A stretch of DNA of 64,000 nt. Origin: Candidatus Fermentibacteraceae bacterium (GTDB lineage Bacteria > Fermentibacterota > Fermentibacteria > Fermentibacterales > JCC-6). The notes below the pieces were generated by a model. That model searched no databases. It was not told where the DNA came from and saw nothing but the letters and a program-made list of their open reading frames with translations. The position numbers were made by a program, and so were the translations under genes. Shown one piece after another: positions 54,163-64,000 of this stretch. The stretch covers positions 32,001 to 96,000 of the forward strand of contig JBGSZS010000019.1 in assembly GCA_041750285.1 (NCBI GenBank), given 5' to 3'. Positions within the stretch are counted from its first letter, which is position 1. Each line of letters begins with the position of its first letter.

Positions 54163-56988
54163 TTGGGCTATCTTCCGGCCATGATCGTTCCAGGCCTTCT
54201 TCTGTCAGTCGTGGCGTCCGTCACGGTCAGGGTGGGGTACGAAGAGAACCCTCCCATGGCCTTTACCAACCCCTCAGGCGAGCCGGACGGTTTCTACGTC
54301 GAGCTGGTGAACGACATCGCACGGTCCGAGGACTGGGATCTCGAGTACGTTCCGGGGGAGTGGTCAGAACTTCTCGAGTGGCTTGAAAGCGGCGAGATAG
54401 ATCTCCTTCTTTCCATTGCCTCGACGCCCGCCCGCAGGGAACGGTTTCTCTTCCCGGAGAACAGCGTCTATTCAGGGTGGTCCACGGTGGCCGTACGGCG
54501 TTCCGGAAGGTTCGGCTCTATGGCCGATCTCGAGGGCGCGACAATTGCCATGATCCACGAAGACATCCACTCCATGACATTCCTGGAACTCGTGGAAAGG
54601 CTTGGTGTGGATGTTGCGCCGCTCTGGGTCCCGAATTTCAACATGGCGATGCAGGCGGTGGCCAGCGGAACGGCCGATGGCGCTGCGGTTCCGTGGCACG
54701 CCGTGGCCTTTTTCGGACCCGACCTTGGCCTTGAGGGGTCGCCGGTGGTGTGGAACCCCGTTCAGACCAGCATAGCTGGAACCCCCCGGACGGCGGCTCC
54801 CCTGATAGATGCCATAGACGCCCGGCTTGCCGCCTTGAAGGCCGATGACGAGTCTTCGTACTACGCCCTCCGCAGCAAGTGGATCTTCCCCGAAGCAGTC
54901 TCCCATCAAAGGTTTCTGCTTGTCACCCTTGGTGTGCTGGCCCTGTCGGGCGTTGTGTTCATTTTCGTCAGCAACCTGAGGTTGAGCCGGGAGGTCAGGA
55001 AGAAAAACCGGGCCCTCAGGGTGAATTCCACCCTTGCAACCGTGGCCGGTGCCGTGAACAAGGTGGACTCGCTCGACGAACTGTGCGGCAGGCTCGTGGG
55101 GGCTCTGTCCGGCGTCATGGAGACCTCGAACCTTTTCGTTGCTGTCTATGTCCCTGAAAGGGACGTGTTCCGAATCCCGAAAATACTGGACAGGTTTGAC
55201 GAGTACTCCGAGATCGACAATCCGGGATCACTTACCCACAACGTGTTCCGCTCCAACACTGCAGTCAGGTGGAACCGGGAAGAGATCAGCGCCTACTACC
55301 GCCGGACCGGCGGAGTGCAGGTGGGGACGCCTGCCGAGCAGTGGCTGGGCGTTCCCCTGAGGGCAGGAAAGGAACCGGTCGGCGTGGTGGCAGTTCAAAG
55401 CTACGACAGGGCCGACCAGTTCACCGAGGAGGATCAGGAGCTTCTCGAGACCGTGGGCTCCCAGCTCGGCAACGCCATACTCCGCATGCGTGCGATCGAG
55501 GATCTCACTGCATCCAGGGGGCGTCTGTCGAGGCTGATGGCCGCTGATCCCTCGGCGATCCTTCTTCTCGATGAGAACGGCGTTGTTCAGGACTGCAATC
55601 CTCAGGCCCGCAACATCCTGGGTTGCGGCTGCAAAGACCTCATGGGTCTCGACTTCTACGGTTTCCTGCGGCGGGGCGCGGAGCGGTTGAGGTGTTTCCT
55701 CGACCCAGAATCTCCCGACGAGGAGTTCCGGTTCACCGGGCAGGTCTCAAGACCCGACGGATCTTGTTTCCCCTTCGAGGCCAGGGGTTCCGTCTTCGAG
55801 GAATCCGGCAGAAGGCTTTTCTTCGTGGGAATCCAGGACGACACGCGGAAGCTCGCGCTCGAGGCCGAAGCCGCGCGGAACGAGAGGCTTGAATCGGTCG
55901 GCGTTCTGGCCGGGGGCATCGCACACGACTTCAACAACATCCTCACGGGGATACTGGCGAACCTCAGCCTTCTGAAGCGCGAGAAACCGGCCTCGAAGAA
56001 GTTCATATCACTTGCGGAGGATGCCGAGAAGGCAGCCCTGAGCGCAAGGCACCTCACCAACCAGCTCCTCACGTTCGCCCAGGGGGGCGCGCCCGTGAAA
56101 AGGGCGGTACACACCGCCGAGCTTCTGGAGCAGTCCACGAGGTTTCTGCTTCGGGGGTCTGGAGTGTCATTCTCGATCGAATCCGACGGCGACCTCTGGA
56201 ATCTCGAAGCCGATCCCGGGCAGTTCTCACAGGTCGTGAGCAACCTTGTCCTGAATGCGAAGCAGGCCATGAACGATTCGGGGAGTCTGAGCATTTCCGC
56301 CCGGAACACCACGCTGAAGGCTACTGACGAAGAGGGGCTGCCTTCGGGAAGGTATGTGAGGATCCTCTTCATGGATTCCGGGCCGGGGATTCCCGGAGCC
56401 ATCGCCGACAGGGTTTTCGATCCCTATTTCACCACACGGGAGAAGGGACACGGGCTGGGCCTCACGACCAGCCACTCCATTGTCGTGAGGCATGGGGGAA
56501 GGATCAGGATACTCCCATCCGACAAGGGGGCGCATTTCGAAGTGCTCATGCCCGCTGCACTTGCAGGAACACCTGCGCAGCCCCTGATCTCCGGAGTCTC
56601 CACCGAACACAGGGAGAGGATCCTCATTCTCGATGACGAGGAGATCGTGCGCAAGGCTGCACTCAACCTTCTGGGCTCACTGGGGTGCACGGTCGACGAG
56701 GCCCCGGACGGGGCAACGGCCATCTCGATGTACCGGAGCGCCCTCGATGAAGGCCGCAGGTACGACGCGGTGATAATGGACCTGACGATTCCCGGCGGGA
56801 TGGGTGGTGAACAGGCCGTGCGCGAGGTTCTTTCCATCGACCCTGACGCGAGGGTGATAGTGTCCAGCGGTTACGCCGGCAACAGCATCATGGTCAGGTA
56901 TCGTGACTTCGGGTTCAGCGGGGTGCTCGGCAAGCCCTACACGCTTTCGGAGCTATCCGACGTGATAAGGCGTGTCGTTCAGGGCTGA
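54163..56988 (+). CDS. Hybrid sensor histidine kinase (periplasmic binding domain, GAF, PAS, HisKA/HATPase, receiver)
   Basis: PBP family 3 motifs, WLGVPL GAF, AHDFNNIL, FDPYFTT..G.GLGL, ILDDE/MDLTIPG. Confidence 0.92.
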   Translation: MGYLPAMIVPGLLLSVVASVTVRVGYEENPPMAFTNPSGEPDGFYVELVNDIARSEDWDLEYVPGEWSELLEWLESGEIDLLLSIASTPARRERFLFPENSVYSGWSTVAVRRSGRFGSMADLEGATIAMIHEDIHSMTFLELVERLGVDVAPLWVPNFNMAMQAVASGTADGAAVPWHAVAFFGPDLGLEGSPVVWNPVQTSIAGTPRTAAPLIDAIDARLAALKADDESSYYALRSKWIFPEAVSHQRFLLVTLGVLALSGVVFIFVSNLRLSREVRKKNRALRVNSTLATVAGAVNKVDSLDELCGRLVGALSGVMETSNLFVAVYVPERDVFRIPKILDRFDEYSEIDNPGSLTHNVFRSNTAVRWNREEISAYYRRTGGVQVGTPAEQWLGVPLRAGKEPVGVVAVQSYDRADQFTEEDQELLETVGSQLGNAILRMRAIEDLTASRGRLSRLMAADPSAILLLDENGVVQDCNPQARNILGCGCKDLMGLDFYGFLRRGAERLRCFLDPESPDEEFRFTGQVSRPDGSCFPFEARGSVFEESGRRLFFVGIQDDTRKLALEAEAARNERLESVGVLAGGIAHDFNNILTGILANLSLLKREKPASKKFISLAEDAEKAALSARHLTNQLLTFAQGGAPVKRAVHTAELLEQSTRFLLRGSGVSFSIESDGDLWNLEADPGQFSQVVSNLVLNAKQAMNDSGSLSISARNTTLKATDEEGLPSGRYVRILFMDSGPGIPGAIADRVFDPYFTTREKGHGLGLTTSHSIVVRHGGRIRILPSDKGAHFEVLMPAALAGTPAQPLISGVSTEHRERILILDDEEIVRKAALNLLGSLGCTVDEAPDGATAISMYRSALDEGRRYDAVIMDLTIPGGMGGEQAVREVLSIDPDARVIVSSGYAGNSIMVRYRDFGFSGVLGKPYTLSELSDVIRRVVQG

Positions 56989-57098
56989 TCCGGCGCTCCG
57001 GTTCGCCAAGTCTGTGCCCGGCATCGGGAAAACCCTTGAAATGGAACATGATGACGGATTTCAGTGTATATTGCCCAGTGAAATACAGGGAGGTCTTT

Positions 57099-57485
57099 GT
57101 GACAAGGACACAGGTTCGCTCAAGCAGCGCTCCGGCGCCAGTGGGTCCGTACAGCCAGGCCATTCTCGCTGGAGGGCTTGTTTTCGTGAGCGGTCAGCTC
57201 GGTATCAACCCCGCAACCGGCACGATGCCCCCGACGGTCGAGGAACAGGCCGAACTTGCACTCGAAAATCTGAAGGCCGTTCTGGAGGCCGGAGGATCAT
57301 CCCTTGACCGGGTGGTCAAGACGACAGTACTCCTTGCGGACATGAAGGATTTTGCCAGGGTCAACGGCGTATACGCACGCTACTTCAGCGAGCCCTTCCC
57401 CGCCAGGGCGGCCTACCAGGTCGCCGGGCTTCCCCTGGGGGGGCTTGTGGAAATAGAGGCAACAGCCCTTTCCGGAAGGGACTGA
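57099..57485 (+). CDS. ridA: RidA/YjgF enamine-imine deaminase
   Basis: GPYSQA, FVSGQ, PARAA, VEIE; GTG after GGGAGG. Confidence 0.93.
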   Translation: MTRTQVRSSSAPAPVGPYSQAILAGGLVFVSGQLGINPATGTMPPTVEEQAELALENLKAVLEAGGSSLDRVVKTTVLLADMKDFARVNGVYARYFSEPFPARAAYQVAGLPLGGLVEIEATALSGRD

Positions 57486-57486
57486 C

Positions 57487-58155
57487 ATGCTGGGTCTGGT
57501 CTGGTCCACGGTTACCGCCTCCGACGGGTTCACCAAGTTCATCCTCCTTCTGATCCTCGTGTTGTCACTGGGCGCATGGTCGGTGGCCATATCGAAGCTG
57601 AAGGAACTTTCACGGATAAGCGGGGCTTCGCGCATGTTCATGGAAGCCCTGCGGACAACGGGGCGCCCCCCCGGTGGGGACTTTCTGAAGAACAGTTCGG
57701 AAATGGGGCCATTGGCCAGGATGTACGCCGAGGCCGGGAGGTTCCTGCGCCGCAGGAGCGACCTCGGCATAACCGGCCCCCTCACGGGCGAAGAGGTCGC
57801 GATCCTTCACGGAGCTCTCGAGAGGGAGGCAAGCGAAGACCTGGCCCAGCGAAGCCGGAACATCGGATTTCTGGCCACTGTCACCAGTGTCAGCCCCCTG
57901 CTCGGGCTTCTTGGAACGGTCTGGGGCGTGCTGGCGAGTTTCATCGGAATGCGGGAGATGGGCTCGGCTGACATCAGCGCCGTGGGCTCGGGCATCGCCG
58001 CCGCCCTGACCACCACCGTGGCGGGGCTTCTTGCCGCCATTCCGGCAAACGTTTTCCACAACTACTCAGTCGGGAAGGTCGACGATCTGGCGGGAGAGAT
58101 AGACCGCTTCCTCTCCGAACTCGTCGATGTGTGCAGAAGGGGCAGCATTACATGA
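57487..58155 (+). CDS. tolQ: TolQ (MotA/TolQ/ExbB family)
   Basis: SPLLGLLGTVWG, GIAAALTTT..GL..AIPA; operon context. Confidence 0.88.
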   Translation: MLGLVWSTVTASDGFTKFILLLILVLSLGAWSVAISKLKELSRISGASRMFMEALRTTGRPPGGDFLKNSSEMGPLARMYAEAGRFLRRRSDLGITGPLTGEEVAILHGALEREASEDLAQRSRNIGFLATVTSVSPLLGLLGTVWGVLASFIGMREMGSADISAVGSGIAAALTTTVAGLLAAIPANVFHNYSVGKVDDLAGEIDRFLSELVDVCRRGSIT

Positions 58156-58565
58156 TCCGTCCCCGTTACCGGCAGTTCTCGAGCATCAACGTCACGAATC
58201 TCGTGGATGTCACGTTCGTCCTGCTGGTGATCTTCATGCTTAGCGCGCCGGTGATCCACCGCAGCGCCGATGTCAGGCCCCCTTCGACCGATCAGGGACG
58301 GATACTGAGCCGGCTTGACCCCGGAACGTCCCTTCTGGTTGAGATCGACGCCCTTGGGAACATCACCGTGGCCGGTGAACCGGTGGCTCCGGCTGACCTC
58401 TCCGGCCTCGCGGCCGCCGCACTTGCGGGGGGACGCACCGAAGCATTCGTCAGGGCCGACGGCGAAGCACGCTACACGGTGCTTGCCCTGGCTCTCACCG
58501 AGCTGCGCAGGGGCGGGTACGAAAACGTCGGCCTCGTACAGGAGTCCGTCAGTGAACAGCCCTGA
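58152..58565 (+). CDS. tolR: TolR/ExbD
   Basis: INVTNLVDV.FVLLVIFM, VRAD. Confidence 0.88.
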   Translation: MIRPRYRQFSSINVTNLVDVTFVLLVIFMLSAPVIHRSADVRPPSTDQGRILSRLDPGTSLLVEIDALGNITVAGEPVAPADLSGLAAAALAGGRTEAFVRADGEARYTVLALALTELRRGGYENVGLVQESVSEQP

Positions 58566-59262
58566 AGCTTTCCGCAGGCCCCCGAGCCATGCTCCGGTCA
58601 TCGACCGGTCCGCCATGGTCATGTCCTTCGGGGTTCATGCGGGGATGCTCGTCCTGATGATAGTCGCCGGCCTGATAATGAACTCCGGCCCGGCCCCCGT
58701 GATCATGGGGGGTGGTTCCATGGTTTCGGTCGAGATGGTGGTGCTCGATTCCGAATCGAATCCCGGCAACCCGGGCAACGTCGCCACCGAGGCCGGGGAT
58801 ACGCAGGTCGAAGAAGCCGTTCAGGTGCCCGAACTGATACAGGAGCTGATGGAGACCACCGAGGTGGAGCCCGTCGAGGTCGAGCCCGTTGAAGTTCAGC
58901 CCGTCGAGGTCGAGCCCGTTGAAGTCCAGCCCGCTGAAGTTCAACCCGCCGGCCAGTTCGTCACCATCGGTTCATCGGGAGAGGCCGGCGCCGGTGCGCC
59001 CGGTCCGGCAAGCTATGAGGGAAGGGTCTTTGCAGCCATCAGAAGGAACTTCGTAACATCCACCGATCCACCCAACACATACCGCATACACTTCACCGTG
59101 AACCTTGACGGGACGTACAGGTACGAGGTCGTAAGGCAGAGCGGGAACTCCGCCTTCGACAGGGCTGTCGAGCACGCCCTCGAAACTGCAAGCATCCCTC
59201 CCATGCCTCCGGGACGAACGACACCGGTCAGATTGAGCATCGAGTTTCTGGGTCCCGAGTAA
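58552..59262 (+). CDS. TolA/TonB-family energy transducer
   Basis: SFGVH TM motif, acidic Pro-rich spacer, C-terminal SGNSAFDRAV. Confidence 0.8.
   Translation: MNSPEAFRRPPSHAPVIDRSAMVMSFGVHAGMLVLMIVAGLIMNSGPAPVIMGGGSMVSVEMVVLDSESNPGNPGNVATEAGDTQVEEAVQVPELIQELMETTEVEPVEVEPVEVQPVEVEPVEVQPAEVQPAGQFVTIGSSGEAGAGAPGPASYEGRVFAAIRRNFVTSTDPPNTYRIHFTVNLDGTYRYEVVRQSGNSAFDRAVEHALETASIPPMPPGRTTPVRLSIEFLGPE
58861..58950 (+). repeat. Six tandem 15-bp units encoding EV(E/Q)P(V/A)
   Basis: gaggtggagcccgtc/gaggtcgagcccgtt/gaagttcagcccgtc/gaggtcgagcccgtt/gaagtccagcccgct/gaagttcaacccgcc. Confidence 0.9.
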
Positions 59263-59286
59263 TCCGGGACGTGAGGGGAGAAACCT

Positions 59287-60468
59287 TTGAGAGTGTTTTT
59301 TCTGATCCTCATTATTGCGTTGCCTGTCTGCCTTGCGGCAGCCGAGTTCCTTCCCATGACGCCGATAGGCGCCCAGTGCCTTCCAGTGAGCGTTCGTGTG
59401 GAGGGAGAGGGCGGGGGCGCGGTAACCGTCCGCGATCAGCTCGTTTTCGACATCGATTTTTCGGGGCTTCTCATAACCGTTCCCGAGAACGAGGCCTTCG
59501 TGAAGCTTTCCGCCCGGGTTTCGGGAAGCGAGGGGAGCTGGAACATCTCCGCCAGGGCCGAAGCCGAGGGCGAAGGGGTGCTCATCAAGGAATATCAGGG
59601 CTCATCTCTTCACGATATGGTGCACAGCCTATCGGATGACCTGGTGTTCGCCCTCACCGGCGAACAGGGCATAGCATCCACCCGTATCGCCTACATTGTA
59701 CGGGGGGGGGAGGAGTGGAGGCTCGTCGTCAAATCCCTTGACCCCAGGCCGTCGGCCACCATCATGCGGGACGGGCAGGTTCTGACCACCCCCGCCTGGA
59801 GCCCGCTCGGCGACCGCATCGCCTTCACGTCGTACAGGGCGGGAACGGGCGACATCTACACGTATTCATTCACCTCGGGTTCTGCATCCCGTATCATTTC
59901 GGGCGGTGTGAACACCGCTCCTGCCTGGAGCCCTGACGGAAGCCATCTTGCATTCACCCGTTCCGAGAACGGAAGCTCCGACCTCTGGCTCTACAGCGTC
60001 TCGGGTGGCGGTTCCACCCCCCTCACCGCCCGGAGCAGCATCGAGACATCGGCCAGCTTCTCGCCCAACGGGCTTCAGCTGATCTTCACCAGCGACCGGG
60101 TGGGCTATCCCCAGCTCTACTGGATGAGCGCTTCAGGCGGAAGCGCCGAGAGGGCGGGATTTTCACACGGCTACTGCGACAGCCCGTCGTGGTCGCCCCG
60201 GGGCGACATGATAGCCTACTGCGCCAGGGCGGGAAGCGGTTTTCACATCTTCGTGATGAACTCGGACAGGACCGAGATACGGCAGGTTACGACCCGGGGA
60301 ACCCTCAACGAAGACCCTGTCTGGTCCCCCACTGGCCGCCATCTGGCCTTTTCCAGCGACATGGACGGTGTGCGGAGCATTTACATGATGGAGTTGAACA
60401 GTTTGAAGGTTCACAGGCTCTCCACCGGCGGAGAGAGTTACTGCCCGGCATGGTCGCCGGTGCGCTAG
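59287..60468 (+). CDS. tolB: TolB
   Basis: LTGEQGIA.TRIAY then repeated PAWSP PD40 blades. Confidence 0.92.
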   Translation: MRVFFLILIIALPVCLAAAEFLPMTPIGAQCLPVSVRVEGEGGGAVTVRDQLVFDIDFSGLLITVPENEAFVKLSARVSGSEGSWNISARAEAEGEGVLIKEYQGSSLHDMVHSLSDDLVFALTGEQGIASTRIAYIVRGGEEWRLVVKSLDPRPSATIMRDGQVLTTPAWSPLGDRIAFTSYRAGTGDIYTYSFTSGSASRIISGGVNTAPAWSPDGSHLAFTRSENGSSDLWLYSVSGGGSTPLTARSSIETSASFSPNGLQLIFTSDRVGYPQLYWMSASGGSAERAGFSHGYCDSPSWSPRGDMIAYCARAGSGFHIFVMNSDRTEIRQVTTRGTLNEDPVWSPTGRHLAFSSDMDGVRSIYMMELNSLKVHRLSTGGESYCPAWSPVR

Positions 60469-60474
60469 GGAAGG

Positions 60475-60990
60475 ATGGAAGAGATGAAAAAGCCTGCGTT
60501 GATGGCGGGGTTGCTCCTGCTTCTGGTCGCCTTTGCCGGCTGCAACCGAACGACCGTGGTCGAGGACGACGTGATCGTAAGTGACACTCTCGTGACCGGC
60601 GTATGGGAGGAAGACCCCCTGATCGCTCTGAATGCAGCTCTTGCCAGGCATCAGGAGGCACTTCGCGACGTTTTCTTCGAGTACGACTCCAACGAGCTGA
60701 GCAGCGCGGCCCTCGAAGCACTGATGTTCGACGCCGGCTACATGATGAGCAACACCGGTTTCAAGGTCCTTCTCGAGGGCCACTGCGACGAGCGCGGAAC
60801 CGTTGACTACAACCTTGCCCTTGGAGAGAGGCGCGCCCAGTCCGTCTACCAGTACCTTGTGAACTACGGTATTCCGGCATCCAGGCTCTCAACGGTCAGC
60901 TACGGAAAGGAAAGACCTTTCGCAACGGGCTCGGACGAGTACGCCTTCTCCCAGAACCGCAGGGTCCACCTGCGTGTGATGCCGGAGTAG
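60475..60990 (+). CDS. pal: Peptidoglycan-associated lipoprotein
   Basis: Lipobox FAG-C, EGHCDERG..DYNLALGERRA, SYGKERP, NRR. Confidence 0.95.
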   Translation: MEEMKKPALMAGLLLLLVAFAGCNRTTVVEDDVIVSDTLVTGVWEEDPLIALNAALARHQEALRDVFFEYDSNELSSAALEALMFDAGYMMSNTGFKVLLEGHCDERGTVDYNLALGERRAQSVYQYLVNYGIPASRLSTVSYGKERPFATGSDEYAFSQNRRVHLRVMPE

Positions 60991-61667
60991 TGCCCGTGAA
61001 GAGGGGCGTTCTTTATGCGGCCTTTCTGATGCCGCTTTTCTGCGGGTGCTGGCTTTCAACATGGTCCAAGGCTCCCGGCAGGGTTGAGAAACTCGCGGTC
61101 TCCCACGAGGAGATGAGGGTCGAGATCGATTCCATCGCCGCCGGGGTCGAGAGGAGCCAGCATCTTCTGCGGGGGATCCAGGCGCAGGCAGGCATGCGCA
61201 GTTCCGACGAAACCCAGCATCTCGGCGAACTGGTCAGCCAGCTCGAGGCTGCATTGGCCAGGTTCTCGCAGGCCAGGGTCGGGCAGGACGACGAGGCCGG
61301 GGCCGCCGAGCCCATATACGAAGACGCATTCAGGCAGTACCAGCAGGGCGACTACACTAGGGCTGCACAGGGCTTCAGACAGGTCTACTCCGAGTACCCG
61401 AGAAGCGTTCTGGCGGACGACGCCCTCTACTTCGCAGCGCTCTGCAACCAGGCCCTGGGTCAGCCCCACCGGGCCATAGAGGAACTGGTGGCCGTGTACT
61501 TCATGTACCCTTCGGGAGACAGGACCGCCTCGGCCCTTGCAAGGGCGGCTGCGATCTACGCCCTCCACACCGCTGAAACCGAGAGGGACAGGCTTGAGGC
61601 CATAATCCTCCAGGAATACCCCCAGAGTGACGAGGCCAGACTGATCCGTCAGCGCACCGGAAGGTAG
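60990..61667 (+). CDS. cpoB: CpoB/YbgF-like TPR protein
   Basis: Coiled coil then TPRs (YPRS.LADDALY, YPQS..A); follows pal. Confidence 0.75.
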   Translation: MPVKRGVLYAAFLMPLFCGCWLSTWSKAPGRVEKLAVSHEEMRVEIDSIAAGVERSQHLLRGIQAQAGMRSSDETQHLGELVSQLEAALARFSQARVGQDDEAGAAEPIYEDAFRQYQQGDYTRAAQGFRQVYSEYPRSVLADDALYFAALCNQALGQPHRAIEELVAVYFMYPSGDRTASALARAAAIYALHTAETERDRLEAIILQEYPQSDEARLIRQRTGR

Positions 61668-61709
61668 CGGGAATCCCGCAAATCCGGCATATTAGCCGGT
61701 CAGGACAAG

Positions 61710-61735
61710 TGCTGCCCGGGACCACCCGGGCAGCA
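61710..61735. other. 11-bp perfect hairpin upstream of tig
   Basis: TGCTGCCCGGG-ACCA-CCCGGGCAGCA. Confidence 0.6.
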
Positions 61736-61772
61736 GCGGCCATTGAACGCAACACCCAAGAGCGGAAATCAC

Positions 61773-63014
61773 ATGTCTTACAATGTCACAACGGATGAGT
61801 CCGGCAGAAAAACCGTCAGTTTTCACATGGATGCCGAAGGGGTGGACAGGCTCTTTCGGGAAGTCAGGCGTGAGATACAGAAGGATATCGTCGTCCCCGG
61901 TTTCAGAAAGGGCAAGATCCCTTCGTCGATCCTGAAGCAGAAGTTTGGAAACCTGATACTCTCCGAAGTGGCTGAAAAGGCTCACCGGGAGATGTCCGAC
62001 GTTCTCTTCGAGGAGAACGACTGGATCCTCTCCGACGCCGAACCCGAGTTCAAGCCCGTTCTTCCCGCGGAAGGCCGTGACTACGATTACGAGGTTACCT
62101 ACACCCTCTTCGAGACCCCGGCGCCCACAGGATTCAGGGGCATTACCATCGCCGTTCCCGCCTTTGACGAGGAAAAGGCCCTCGAGGAAGCCCTTTCAGA
62201 GATCAGGAACCGGTTCGTCTCATTCGAGCACGTGGACCGTGCGGCCGCGGACGGTGACCTCGTAGTCGTCGAATACCCCTCGCGCGAGGCGGGGGAACCC
62301 CGGCGGGCGGCGGTCGTCATAGGCAGGGAGAACATGGGACCGGGTTTCGACGAGCTTCTGCCCGGCCTTTCAGCGGGAGACAGGTTCTCGGCCCGCATGG
62401 ATTTCCCCGGCCTGGAAGAGGAGCCCCCGGCAACTGAGTTCGCAGTCATTGAGGTGAGGGAACCCAAAAACCCCGAACTGAACGACGAATTCGCGAAAAC
62501 CGCGGGCGGATTTGAGAGCATGGAACAACTGAGGCAGAAACTCCGCGAGAACATCAGTGAGAAGCATCAGGCCGAGCGACGTTCCTTCGTGGAGTCCGTT
62601 GCGCTCGACAGCCTGCTCTCGTCCAACGTGTTCGATCCGCCCTCCTTCATGGTGGACAACCTTGCCCGTGACTACTCGAAGCGGCTGGAAGACGGCGAAC
62701 TCACCCCGGAAACCGAGAGGACGATCAGGGAACTGGCCGAGCGAAAAGTCCGCGAATTCCTGATCCTCAGGCAGATAGCGATCGTCGAGGGACTGCCCGT
62801 TTCATCCGATGAGCTGGAAAAGGAGGCCGCGGGAGGTTCGGCTTCCTCGGCGCTCGACAGGCTCCGCAACGAGAGGGCTCTCGAGCTCGTGCTCGCAAGC
62901 GCGGTTGAAACCGTTGCGGAACCTCACGACCCGCAGGCGGATAAACAAGATGAGCCCGGGGCTTCATGGAAATGGGTCGCGGTTTCCGACATTCCGTGCA
63001 AGGAGGATAAGTGA
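61773..63014 (+). CDS. tig: Trigger factor
   Basis: [17 protein letters not shown]; precedes clpP. Confidence 0.9.
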   Translation: MSYNVTTDESGRKTVSFHMDAEGVDRLFREVRREIQKDIVVPGFRKGKIPSSILKQKFGNLILSEVAEKAHREMSDVLFEENDWILSDAEPEFKPVLPAEGRDYDYEVTYTLFETPAPTGFRGITIAVPAFDEEKALEEALSEIRNRFVSFEHVDRAAADGDLVVVEYPSREAGEPRRAAVVIGRENMGPGFDELLPGLSAGDRFSARMDFPGLEEEPPATEFAVIEVREPKNPELNDEFAKTAGGFESMEQLRQKLRENISEKHQAERRSFVESVALDSLLSSNVFDPPSFMVDNLARDYSKRLEDGELTPETERTIRELAERKVREFLILRQIAIVEGLPVSSDELEKEAAGGSASSALDRLRNERALELVLASAVETVAEPHDPQADKQDEPGASWKWVAVSDIPCKEDK

Positions 63015-63601
63015 TGTCTTCGGTGATTCCCTTCGTCGTGGAGAGGGATGGGAACTACGAACGCTCTTACGACATCTATTCACGGCTGCTGAAAGACCGC
63101 ATAGTCTTCATCGGTGACGTCATCTCTCCCCAGACGGCAGGGCTTGTCGTCGCCCAGCTTCTCTTCCTTGAGGGCCAGGACCCCAAGAAAGACATCAACA
63201 TGTACATCCACAGCCCCGGTGGCTCGGTCTCCGCGGGGCTTGCGATCTTCGACACCATGAGGTTCATCAGGCCCGACATCGCAACCTTCTGCATGGGCAG
63301 CGCAGCCAGCATGTCTTCAGTCCTTCTGGCGGCTGGAGCGAAGGGCAAAAGGAACATCCTCCCGCATGCCAGGGTGATGATCCATCAGCCCACCGGTGGT
63401 GTGCGGGGACAGGCCAGCGACATCGAGATCGAGGCCCGTGAGATACTCAAGATCCGGGAGGAGATGAACCTGATCCTGGCGGAATGCACCGGCCAGCCCG
63501 TCGGGAAGATAGCGCAGGACACCGACAGGAACTTCTGGATGAACGCAGCCGAATCGGTGGAGTACGGGATCGTGGACAACATTCTTGACAAGCGGGTGTG
63601 A
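63014..63601 (+). CDS. clpP: ATP-dependent Clp protease proteolytic subunit
   Basis: [24 protein letters not shown]. Confidence 0.98.
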   Translation: MSSVIPFVVERDGNYERSYDIYSRLLKDRIVFIGDVISPQTAGLVVAQLLFLEGQDPKKDINMYIHSPGGSVSAGLAIFDTMRFIRPDIATFCMGSAASMSSVLLAAGAKGKRNILPHARVMIHQPTGGVRGQASDIEIEAREILKIREEMNLILAECTGQPVGKIAQDTDRNFWMNAAESVEYGIVDNILDKRV

Positions 63602-63604
63602 GTG

Positions 63605-64000
63605 ATGCCGAAAGAGAACCGCTGTTCCTTCTGCAACAGGGCGTCGGGGGAGGTCAGCCAGCTCATCCAGGGGCCGGGTGTCTTCATCTGCGACGACTGC
63701 GTAAGGTACTGCAGCGAGATAATCACGGAAACGCCGGGAAAGCCCGAGGAGAAGTCCGTTCCCGGCCTTTTCCGCAAGGGGCTTCCCTCTCCCCGCGAGA
63801 TAAAGGACCAGCTGGACCAGTACGTCGTGGGCCAGGACAAAGCCAAGAAAGTCCTGTCCGTTGCAGTGTACAACCACTACAAGAAGCTTCTGGCCAAACA
63901 CCAGGGTTCAAGCGAAGTTGAACTCGAGAAGAGCAACATCCTCCTCCTTGGCCCCACCGGGGTCGGCAAGACCCTTCTTGCACGCACGCTCGCCCGGATA
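63605..64000 (+). CDS. clpX: ClpX, truncated at window edge (not in ORF track)
   Basis: CSFC...ICDDC Zn finger, [30 protein letters not shown]. Confidence 0.97.
   Translation, partial: MPKENRCSFCNRASGEVSQLIQGPGVFICDDCVRYCSEIITETPGKPEEKSVPGLFRKGLPSPREIKDQLDQYVVGQDKAKKVLSVAVYNHYKKLLAKHQGSSEVELEKSNILLLGPTGVGKTLLARTLARI

Noticed and set aside
58861..58950. CRISPR-like array
   Set aside because: In-frame tandem coding repeat with no spacers and no cas genes
63598..63921. ORF-track 107-aa protein after clpP
   Set aside because: Wrong frame; the real gene is clpX from 63605, open to the window edge

Overview
GC-rich bacterial chromosomal window dominated by the core translation/transcription supercluster: tRNA-Thr/Tyr/Gly/Thr, tuf, rpmG, tRNA-Trp, secE, nusG, rplKAJL, rpoBC, rpsL, rpsG, then the S10, spc and alpha operons (no rpsD) running straight into pfkA. 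The right end carries ridA-tolQRAB-pal-cpoB and tig-clpP-clpX (truncated). The left end is a translationally coupled minus-strand envelope operon (lipoprotein, ABC ATPase and permease, beta-propeller with T9SS-like tail, GT2, radical SAM). The str cluster is split: about 14 kb of accessory genes, including a divergent stand-alone EF-G, lies between rpsG and rpsJ. Tol-Pal, a T9SS-like C-terminal domain and a TWG C-terminal motif suggest a diderm FCB-superphylum candidate lineage such as Fermentibacterota (inference only). Most notable: (1) a ~203-aa domain resembling a catalytically dead STAND/AAA_16 P-loop ATPase inserted into the trigger-loop SI3 insertion of RNA polymerase beta', with unusual bridge-helix substitutions; (2) head-to-head DOMON paralogues sharing a perfect 35-bp inverted repeat whose recombination would swap signal peptides and promoters; (3) three genes that appear to use CTG/ATA starts at stop-start overlaps. 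No CRISPR array, rRNA, integrase or transposase was seen. All homology calls are by eye, not by database search.
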